Source: Eledone cirrhosa (Eukaryota). Taken from it: DNA of 64,000 nt. The position numbers were made by a program, and so were the translations under genes. Below the pieces are notes generated by a model that did no database searches, had not been told where the DNA came from, and saw only the letters and a program-made list of their open reading frames with translations. The DNA lies in contig OZ024744.1 in NCBI GenBank assembly GCA_964016885.1, forward strand, positions 102,176,001 through 102,240,000, written 5' to 3'. Positions 52,601-64,000 of the stretch are shown piece after piece; position 1 is the stretch's first letter, and every line of letters starts with the position of its first letter.

Positions 52601-55600
52601 CCTAATTAGAGTATACTACATCTCTAGACCTAATTAGAACATACTACATCTCTAGACCTAATTAGAACATACTACATCTCTAGACCTAATTAGAACATAC
52701 TACATCTCTAGACCTAATTAGAACATACATCTCTAGACCTAATTAGAACATACTACATCTCTAGACCTAATTAGAACATACTCCATCTCTAGACCTAATT
52801 AGAACATACTACATCTCTAGACCTAATTAGAACATACTACATCTCTAGACCTAATTAGAACATACTACATCTCTAGACCTAATTAGAACATACTACATCT
52901 CTAGACCTAATTAGAACATACTCCATCTCTAGACCTAATTAGAACATACTCCATGTCTAGACCTAATTAGAACATACTACATGTCTAGACCTAATTAGAA
53001 CATACTACATCTCTAGTCCTAATTAGAACATACTGCATCTCTAGACCTAATTAGAACATACTGCATCTCTAGACCTAATTAGAACATACTCCATCTCTAG
53101 ACCTAATTAGAACATACTCCATCTCTAGACCTAATTAGAACATACTACATCTCTAGACCTAATTAGAACATACTACATCTCTAGACCTAATTAGAACATA
53201 CTGCATCTTTAGACCTAATTAGAACATACTGCATCTCTAGACCTAATTAGAACATACTACATCTCTAGACCTAATTAGAACATACTACATCTCTAGACCT
53301 AATTAGAGTATACTACATCTCTAGACCTAATTAGAACATACTACATGTCTAGACCTAATTAGAACATACTACATGTCTAGACCTAATTAGAACATACATC
53401 TCTAGACCTAATTAGAACATACATCTCTATACCTAATTAGAACATACATCTCTATACCTAATTAGAACATACATCTCTATACCTAATTAGAACATACTAC
53501 ATCTCTAGACCTAATTAGAACATACTACATCTCTAGACCTAATTAGAGTATACTACATCTCTAAACCTAATTAGAACATACTACATCTCTAGACCTAATT
53601 AGAACATACATCTCTAGAGCTAATTAGAACATACTCCATCTCTAGACCTAATTAGAACATACATGTCTAGACCTAATTAGAACATACTACATCTCTAGAC
53701 CTAATTAGAGTATACTACATCTCTAGACCTAATGAGAACATACTACATCTCTAGACCTAATTAGAACATAGTACATCTCTAGACCTAATTAGAACATACA
53801 TCTCTAGACCTAATTAGAGTATACTACATCTCTAGACCTAATTAGAACATACTACATGTCTAGACCTAATTAGAACATACTACATCTCTAGACCTAATTA
53901 GAACATACTACATCTCTAGACCTAATTAGAACATACTACATCTCTAGACCTAATTAGAACATACTACATCTCTAGACCTAATTAGAACATACTACATCTC
54001 TAGACCTAATTAGAACATACTACATGTCTAGACCTAATTAGAACATACTACATCTCTAGACCTAATTAGAGTATACTACATCTCTAAACCTAATTAGAAC
54101 ATACTACATCTCTAGACCTAATTAGAACATACTACATGTCTAGACCTAATTAGAACATACTACATCTCTAGACCTAATTAGAGTATACTACATCTCTAGA
54201 CCTAATTAGAACATACTACATCTCTAGACCTAATTAGAACATACTACATCTCTAGACCTAATTAGAGTATACTACATCTCTAGACCTAATTAGAACATAC
54301 TACATCTCTAGACCTAATTAGAACATACTACATCTCTAGACCTAATTAGAACATACTACATCTCTAGACCTAATTAGAACATACTACATCTCTAGACCTA
54401 ATTAGAGTATACTACATCTCTAGACCTAATTAGAACATACTCCATCTCTAGACCTAATTAGAACATACTACATCTCTAGACATAATTAGAACATACGACA
54501 TGTCTAGACCTAATTAGAACATACTACATCTCTAGACCTAATTAGAGTATACTACATCTCTAGACCTAATTAGAACATAGTACATCTCTAGACCTAATTA
54601 GAGTATACTGCATCTCTAGACCTAATTAGAACATACTACATCTCTAGACCTAATTAGAACATACTACATCTCTAGACCTAATTAGAACATACTACATCTC
54701 TAGACTTAATTAGAACATACATCTCTGGACGTAATTAGAACATAGATCTCTAGACCTAATTAGAGTATACTACATCTCTAGACTTAATTAGAACATACTA
54801 CATCTCTAGACCTAATTAGAACATACATCTCTAGACCTAATTAGAAGATATCTCTAGACCTAATTAGAACATACTACATCTCTAGAGCTAATTAGAACAT
54901 ACTACATCTCTAGACCTAATTAGAACATACTACATCTCTAGACCTAATTAGAACATACTGCATCTTTAGACCTAATTAGAACATACTGCATCTTTAGACC
55001 TAATTAGAACATACTACATCTCTAGACCTAATTAGAACATACTACATCTCTAGACCTAATTAGAGTATACTACATCTCTAGACCTAATTAGAACATACTA
55101 CATCTCTAGACCTAATTAGAACATACTACATCTCTAGACCTAATTAGAACATACATCTCTAGACCTAATTAGAACATACTACATCTCTAGACCTAATTAG
55201 AGTATACTACATCTCTAGACCTAATTAGAACATACTACATCTCTAGATCTAATTAGAACATACTACATCTCTAGACCTAATTAGAACATAGTACATCTCT
55301 AGACCTAATTAGAACATACTACATCTCTAGACCTAATTAGAACATACTCCATCTCTAGACCTAATTAGAACATACTACATCTTTAGACCTAATTAGAACA
55401 TACTACATCTCTAGACCTAATTAGAACATACTCCATATCTAGACCTAATTAGAACATAGTACATCTCTAGACCTAATTAGAACATACTACATCTCTAGAC
55501 CTAATTAGAGTATACTACATCTCTAGACCTAATTAGAACATACTACATCTCTAGACCTAATTAGAACATACTGCATCTTTAGACCTAATTAGAACATACT

Positions 55601-58600
55601 CCATCTCTAGACCTAATTAGAACATACTATATCTCTAGACCTAATTAGAACATACTCCATCTCTAGACCTAATTAGAACATAGTACATCTCTAGACCTAA
55701 TTAGAACATACTGCATCTTTAGACCTAATTAGAACATACTCCATCTCTAGACCTAATTAGAACATACTACATCTCTAGACCTAATTAGAACATACTGCAT
55801 CTTTAGACCTAATTAGAACATACTCCATCTCTAGACCTAATTAGAACATACTCCATCTCTAGACCTAATTAGAACATACTCCATCTCTAGACCTAATTAG
55901 AACATAGTACATCTCTAGACCTAATTAGAACATAGTACATCTCTAGACCTAATTAGAACATACTACATCTCTAGACCTAATTAGAGTATACTACATCTCT
56001 AGACCTAATTAGAACATACTACATCTCTAGACCTAATTAGAACATACTGCATCTTTAGACCTAATTAGAACATACTCCATCTCTAGACCTAATTAGAACA
56101 TACTCCATCTCTAGACCTAATTAGAACATACTGCATCTCTAGACCTAATTAGAACATACTACATCTCTAGACCTAATTAGAACATACTACATCTCTAGAG
56201 CTAATTAGAACATATCTCTAGACCTAATTAGAACATACTCCATCTCTAGACCTAATTAGAGTATACTACATCTCTAGACCTAATTAGAACATACTACATC
56301 TCTAGACCTAATTAGAACATACTACATCTCTAGACCTAATTAGAACATACTACATCTCTAGACATAATTAGAACATACTACATCTTTAGACCTAATTAGA
56401 ACATACTACATCTCTAGACCTAATTAGAACATACTCCATCTCTAGACCTAATTAGAGTATACTACATCTCTAGACCTAATTAGAACATACTACATCTCTA
56501 GACCTAATTAGAACATACTCCATCTCTAGACCTAATTAGAACATACTACATCTCTAGACCTAATTAGAACATACTACATCTCTAGACCTAATTAGGACAT
56601 ACTACATGTCTAGACCTAATTAGAACATACTACATCTCTAGACCTAATTAGAACATACTACATCTCTAGACCTAATTAGAACATACTACATCTCTAGACC
56701 TAATTAGAACATACTACATCTCTAGACCTAATTAGAACATACTACATCTCTAGACCTAATTAGAGTATACTACATCTCTAGACCTAATTAGAACATACTA
56801 CATCTCTAGACCTAATTAGAACATACTACATCTCTAGACCTAATCAGAACATACTACATCTCTAGACCTAATCAGAACATACTACATCTCTAGACCTAAT
56901 CAGAACATACTACATCTCTAGACCTAATTAGAACATACTACATCTCTAGACCTAATTAGAACATACTACATCTCTAGACCTAATTAGAACATACTACATC
57001 TCTAGACCTAATTAGAACATACTACATCTCTAGACCTAATTAGAACATACTGCATCTCTCGACCTAATTAGAACATACTACATCTCTAGACCTAATTAGA
57101 ACATACTACATCTCTAGACCTAATTAGAACATACTACATCTCTAGACCTAATTAGAACATACTACATCTCTAGACCTAATTAGAACATACTGCATCTCTA
57201 GACCTAATTAGAACATACTACATCTCTAGACCTAATTAGAACATACTACATCTCTAGACCTAATTAGAACATACTACATCTCTAGACCTAATTAGAACAT
57301 ACTGCATCTCTAGACCTAATTAGAACATACATCTCTAGACCTAATTAGAACATACACCTTTAGACCTAATTAGAACATACTACATCTCTAGACCTAATTA
57401 GAACATACTACATCTCTAGACCTAATTAGAACATACTACATCTCTAGACCTAATTAGAACATACTACATCTCTAGACCTAATTAGAACATACTACATCTC
57501 TAAACATAATTAGAACATACTACATCTCTAGACCTAATTAGAACATACATCTCTAGACCTAATTAGAACATACTCCATCTCTAGACCTAATTAGAACATA
57601 CTACATCTCTAGACCTAATTAGAACATACTACATCTCTAGACCTAATTAGAACATATCTCTAGACCTAATTAGAACATACTACATCTGTAGAGCTAATTA
57701 GAACATACTACATCTCTAGACCTAATTAGAACATACTACATCTCTAGACCTAATTAGAACATACTACATCTCTAGACCTAATTAGAACATACTACATATC
57801 TAGACCTAATTAAAACATATTACATCTCTAAACCTAATTAGAACACATCTCTAAACCTAATTAGAACATACTACATCTCTAAACATAATTAGAACATACT
57901 ACATCTCTAGACCTAATCAGAACATACATCTCTAGACCTAATTAGAGTATACTACATCTCTAGACCTAAATAGAACATACATCTCTAGACCTAATTAGAA
58001 CATACTACATCTCTAGACCTAATTAGAACATACTACATCTCTAGACCTAATTAGAACATACTACATCTCTAGACCTAATTAGAACATACTACATCTCTAG
58101 ACCTAATTAGAACATACTACATCTCTAGACCTAATTAGAACATACTACATCTCTAGACCTAATTAGAACATACTACATCTCTAGACCTAATTAGAACATA
58201 CTACATCTCTAGACCTAATTAGAACATACTACATCTCTAGACCTAATTAGAACATACTACATCTCTAGACCTAATTAGAACATACTACATCTCTAGACCT
58301 AATTAGAACATACTACATCTCTAGACCTAATTAGAACATACTACATCTCTAGACCTAATTAGAACAAACATCTCTGGACCTAATTAGGACATATATCTCT
58401 AGACCTAATTTGAACATATCTCTAGACCTAATTAGAACATACTACATCTCTAGACTTAATTAGAACATACTATGTCTCTAGACTTAATTAGAACATACAT
58501 CTCTCGACCTTATTAGAACATACTGCATCTCTAGACCTAATTAGAACATACATCTCTAGACCAAATTAGAACATACTACAACTCTAGACCTAATTAGAAC

Positions 58601-58688
58601 ATATATCTCTAGAGCTAATTAGAACATACTACATCTCTAGACCAAATTAGAACATACTACATCTCTAGACTTAATTAGAACATACATC

Positions 58689-59136
58689 TGTAGTGACTCC
58701 TAACGGTGAAATCCAGAACTCATGAGAGTTACGTCCCTTGGGGACTGTAATGACCCCTAGTGTCAATGACAGAAGTAAATGGAGTTACGTCCCCATGGGG
58801 ACTATATATAGAGACAGCCAGAGCGCTCTACCTCTTTTCCACTCGCAGCACCCCTGGAGAATGGAGGCGATTTCGCCTACTCCACTTCAGCCTTCACCCT
58901 TGACCCTTGACACGCGGGATGCAAATACCAGTCTACTCCAGTGAACATGTTAAGAGCAACTCTTTTTACTACCAACAGCCTCATGAACCAACCACACCAT
59001 TCCATTGTTCAACCTTCACAACTAGTGGTAATATGTCCTTTCTTTGACTTCAATGAAGTAAACCTTTGTATATAAACCAAAAAGCCATTCTTGTTATTTC
59101 TACAACTATTATCTGTTATAATACCATTCTTCTAAA
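58689..59136. mobile_element. Probable solo LTR (448 bp) inserted in the satellite
   Basis: Begins TGTAG and ends CTAAA (one mismatch from the inverted CTACA). It is flanked by the CATC duplication at 58685-58688 and 59137-59140, and has no recognisable coding motif. Confidence 0.7.
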
Positions 59137-59486
59137 CATCTCTAGACCTAATTAGAACATACATCTCTAGACCTAATTAGAATATACTATATCTCTAGAC
59201 CTAATTAGAATATACTATATCTCTAGACCTAATTAGAATATACTATATCTCTAGACCTAATTAGAATATACTATATCTCTAGACCCAATTAGAACATACA
59301 TCTCTAGACCTAATTTGAACATACTACATCTCTAGACCTAATTAGAACATATATCTCTAGACCTAATTAGAACATATATCTCTAGACCTAATTAGAACAT
59401 ATATCTCTAGACCTAATTAGAACATACTACATCTCTAGACCCAATTAGAACATACTACATCTCTAGACCCAATTAGAACATACATC

Positions 59487-62400
59487 TATAATGGAATACT
59501 CCTACATATTACGGGCGAAGATTCGAAACCGAATCTGAGTTTTCCCACGTCTGGGACAAGCCATGGTTAGTTGTTTTCGCCTTTGTCCTGTCAACGGTGA
59601 TGGATGACATTCTATTTCACCTGTGACCCCAACCCCTTGGGAGATGCTAACCACAGGTCAGCTGATGGTTGTTTACGCCCGAGAGAAAAGAGGTGAGATG
59701 ATATATCCATCCTTCTAACTTCAACCGTTATAAATACAAGGGTTGTTTACGCCCGGGAGAAAAACAGACTACAGACAAGAAAGGAGGTTTCACTGACGCT
59801 GTTAAATCTCCCTTCATGAAAAACCAGCCTGTCCACTAATTTCTCACATGCCATTCCCGCCTGGCTGATTGATTACTACTACTGCTAAGACAAGAAAGTA
59901 TACTAATACACACACTCACACACATAGTAAGTTCACACTGTTTGCATTTTTACACGCACCATTTCTGTCTGTCATATTGTATCTTTCAGATACAATACAA
60001 ATTGTATTATATAGTATTCTTTTATACTTGTATTTATGTGACTCGAAGAGCCACCAACTCATTGTATGAATATTTCATGTTATAGATTTTATCATTCAAT
60101 GTTCAAATTGAATATTGTTATAATAAAATAAACATTGTAACAACACAATCCTGGTAAAACACGAACATCAATCTCAGCGAAAAAGAGTGTACCACTTTCG
60201 CTGAGTTGAAGAAAATATTGTCCGAGGCTACAATGATGAGTTACCCCAAACCTGATGCCCCAATGTGTTTATTGACTGATGCATCCGATTTCGGAGTTGG
60301 AGGTGTGCTTCAACAACTCTCTGGCGATATTTGGCAACCTGTATCTTTCTCTAAGCGATTAAAACCTGCAGAAACTAAGTACAGCACATTCAGCCGTGAA
60401 TTATTGGCAGCATACCTTGCTGTCAACCATTTTCGACACATGCTAGAAGGTCATGTGTTCTCAATATACACCGACCACGAACCACTAGTGTACGCGTTCA
60501 ACGCCAAGACTGACCGACACTTACCCAGGGAGGTCCGACATCTGGACTTCATTTCTCAGTACACTACTGATATTCGGTACATTAAGGGTGCCACCAATTC
60601 AGCAGCTGATGCCCTATCGCACATGGAGTTTAATGCAATCCACACCACTGCCACTATCGATCTCCAGAAGATTGCAGCAGATCAACAGAATAACGAGGAA
60701 CTGCTGCAGCTCCGGAAATCATCCTTGAAATTGCAGGAATGCCCACTGCCCTCTTCAGGTTATATTTGGTGCGACATCTCAACAGGCCACGAGCGCCCAT
60801 ACATGCCCCGGAAACATCGATGCAACGTTTTTTTGGCACTGTATTCTCTGGCACACCCTGGCGTCCATGCCACGCAGAAACTGATGGTTGCCCACTTTGT
60901 GTGGCCCAACATCAACAAGGACACCCGTGAATGGGCTAGGCACTGTATTACGTGGTATAAGGCGAAAATTCACCGGCACATCAAAGCCCCAATCGGTTGT
61001 TTCGCAACACCTGATGCACGGTTCCAACATGTGCACATAGACATCATTGGACCTTTGCCTCCTTCTCACAACTACACTCATCTTCTCACCTGTGTCGACC
61101 AATTTTCTCGCTGGCCAAACCTTTCCCCTGACGGGTTTCGCGTTTCGGCACACCTGCGACCATCACTACGGATAGAGGACGTCAGTTTGATTTGCACCTC
61201 TTTACCTAGCTGACGCGTCTCCTCGGGTGTAAACACAGCCATACAATGGCATATCACCATGCAGCTAACGGTAGGTTGAACGCTCCACCATCAGCCAAAA
61301 GCAGCCATCAAGGTTTACGCAGACTCCACTAACTAGTTCGAATACCTCCCACTCATTCTTCTCGGTATTCGTTCCACTATTAAGGAGGGAGTCGGACATT
61401 CTCCGGCTGAAATGGTTTATGGTACGGTACTCGCTCTACCCGGGAAAATGATCGCTCCTGTTTCGCCACAAGAACTTCCAGACTCAACAAAATATGTGCA
61501 CCGTTTACGGTCATCGATGTCACATCTGTCTCCTTCAGCCCCTAAACAACAGCACGTTACTTCACACATATCAAAGGACATCGATACATGGACGCATGTT
61601 TTCATTAGAAATGACAGTATTCTATCGCAACTTCGCCCGCCGTATTCTGAGCCCTATAAGGTGATACAGAAACGCCCTAAATATTTCGCCCTCGACTTGA
61701 ACGGGAAACGAAAGACCGTTTCCATTGACCGTTTAAAAAAAGCGTTCATGGAACAGGATTTGCCACCAGTACCCACCGTTTCTCCAGCAGACTCACCAAC
61801 AACTTTCCCCCGACACAAACACAACAAATTCTGCACAACCCCGACACACCAAATCTGGAAGAACAGTTCGATGGCCCACGCGATACGTACAAGTTTATCG
61901 GATAAGTACAAATTATGCACCTGGTCGACATTTCAGCTAATTTGTATATTTCAATGAATCGGCCAATTTCTGTGGTCATGAACTATTGCTACACAAATCA
62001 ATTGACTGTGCATCACACACATCAAAAGAACAGACAAAAGAACATTTTTCCATTTTTATGAAATGAATAAACATTTTCAATATTATGTAACATCACAGTA
62101 CATTTTCCTGCATGTAAATTTGTTTTACTTTGCATGTTTTCTTTCATTTTGCTTGTTTGTAAATGACTTTAATGTTTTTTTTTCTGATTTTCTTACACAC
62201 CTAGTCATACCTATCTTAATTTCACATACACCTAGATTGTTCAATCTTTAGCTTTCTCATTGGAAGGGGCGTACTATAACGGAATACTCTTACATATTAC
62301 CGGCGAAGATTCGAAACTGAATCTGAGCTTTCCCGCATCTAGAACAAGCCATGGTTAGTTGTTTTCGCCTTTGTCCTGTCAACGGTGATGGATGACATTC

Positions 62401-62993
62401 TATTTCACCTGCAACAGCAACCCCTTGGGAGATGCTAACCACAGGTCAGCTGATGGTTGTTTACGCCCGAGAGAAAAGAGGTGAGATGATATATCCATCC
62501 TTCTAACTTCAACCGTTATAAATACAAGGGTTGTTTACGCCCGGGAGAAAAACAGACTACAGACAAGAAAGGAGGTTTCACTGACGCTGTTAAATCTCCC
62601 TTCATGAAAAACCAGCCTGTCCACTAATCTCACATGCCATTCCCGCCTGGCTGATTGATTACTACTACTGCTAAGACAAGAAAGTATACTAATACGCATA
62701 CTCACACACATAGTAAGTTCACACTGTTTGCATTTTTACACGCACCATTTCTGTTTGTCATATTGTATCTTTCAGATACAATACAAATTATATTATATAG
62801 TATTCTGTGATACTTGTATTTATGTGACTCAAAGAGCCACCAACTCATTGTATGAATATTTCATGTTATAGATTTTATCATTCAATGTTCAAAATGAATA
62901 TTGTTATAATAAAATAAACATTGTAACAACACAATCCTGGTATCATTCTTTGTATTGAAACCACCATACCAACAATTCCATCTATTCGTTACA
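59487..62993 (+). mobile_element. Ty3/Gypsy LTR retrotransposon, internally deleted
   Basis: Direct LTRs at 59487-~60156 and 62275-62993, with the polypurine tract ggaaggggcgtac before the 3' LTR. CATC target duplication at 59483-59486 and 62994-62997. RNase H precedes integrase. Confidence 0.95.
60160..61900 (+). pseudogene. Gypsy pol remnant (RNase H + integrase), disrupted
   Basis: TDASDFGVGGVLQ, YSTFSRELLA, YTDHEPL, NSAADALS, a degenerate HHCC region (AHPG...HCITW), HVHIDIIGPLP, a frameshifted core, and GPY/F-like PYSEPYKV...SIDRLK. Confidence 0.9.
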
Positions 62994-64000
62994 CATCTCT
63001 AGATCTAATTAGAACATACATCTCTAGACCTAATTAGAACATACATCTCTAGATCTAATTAGAGTATACTACATCTCTAGACCTAATTAGAACATACTAC
63101 ATCTCTAGAGCTAATTAGAACATACTACATCTCTGGACCTAATTAGAACATACTACATCTCTAGAGCTAATTAGAACATACTACATCTCTAGACCTAATT
63201 AGAACATACTACATCTCTAGACCTAATTAGACTATACTACATCTCTAGACCTAATTAGAACATATCTCTAGACCTAATTAGAACATACTACATCTCTAGA
63301 GCTAATTAGAACATACTACATCTCTGGACCTAATTAGAACATACTACATCTCTAGAGCTAATTAGAACATACTACATCTCTAGACCTAATTAGAACATAC
63401 TACATCTCTGGACCTAATTAGAACATACTACATCTCTGGACCTAATTAGAACATACTACATCTCTGGACCTAATTAGAACATACTACATCTCTGGACCTA
63501 ATTAGAACATACTACATCTCTAGAGCTAATTAGAACATACTACATCTCTAGAGCTAATTAGAACATACTACATCTCTGGACCTAATTAGAACATACTACA
63601 TCTCTAGACCTAATTAGAACATACTACATCTCTAGACCTAATTAGAACATACTACATCTCTAGACCTAATTAGAGTATACTACATCTCTAGACCTAATTA
63701 GAACATACTACATCTCTAGACCTAATTAGAACATACTACATCTCTAGACCTAATTAGAGTATACTACATCTCTAGACTTAATTAGAGTATACTACATCTC
63801 TAGACCTAATTAGAACATACTGCATCTCTAGACCTAATTAGAACATACTACATCTCTAGACCTAATTAGAACATACTACATCTCTAGACCTAATTAGAGT
63901 ATACTACATCTCTAGACCTAATTAGAACATACTACATCTCTAGACCTAATTAGAACATACTACATCTCTAGACCTAATTAGAACATACTACATCTCTAGA

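Larger units (their letters stand above)
37820..64000. repeat. 28-bp satellite ACCTAATTAGAACATACTACATCTCTAG (with 25- and 23-nt variants), roughly 800 monomers, interrupted by two LTR insertions and continuing past the window end
   Basis: Array at 37820-58688, 59137-59486 and 62994-64000. Confidence 0.99.

Noticed and set aside
22720-64000. CRISPR-like array interpretation of the 20- and 28-bp repeats
   Set aside because: Units are head-to-tail with no unique spacers and no cas genes, and the context is eukaryotic.

Overview
This is AT-rich, repeat-dense animal genomic DNA. The SINE, MITE and RTE content resembles coleoid cephalopod (Octopus-like) genomes, which is an inference from repeat family resemblance. 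Six small minus-strand exons, none resolved as exons by the ORF track, splice in frame into the C-terminal half of a class I sirtuin (SIRT2-like). Its upstream exons are not visible, so the gene probably starts beyond position 64000. The introns hold several tandem arrays (48, 105, 20, 20 and 51 bp units) and probably also a palindrome-rich 28-bp satellite spanning more than 26 kb with two higher-order duplications. Several arrays start inside SINE-like sequence. A probable solo LTR and an internally deleted Ty3/Gypsy element both sit in the 28-bp satellite at the same monomer position, each with a CATC target duplication. The left part holds a possible 3' end of a convergent plus-strand gene, two 5'-inverted RTE insertions, a near full-length decayed RTE with target duplications, a Gypsy gag fragment, Helitron-like elements, MITEs and many tRNA-derived SINEs.
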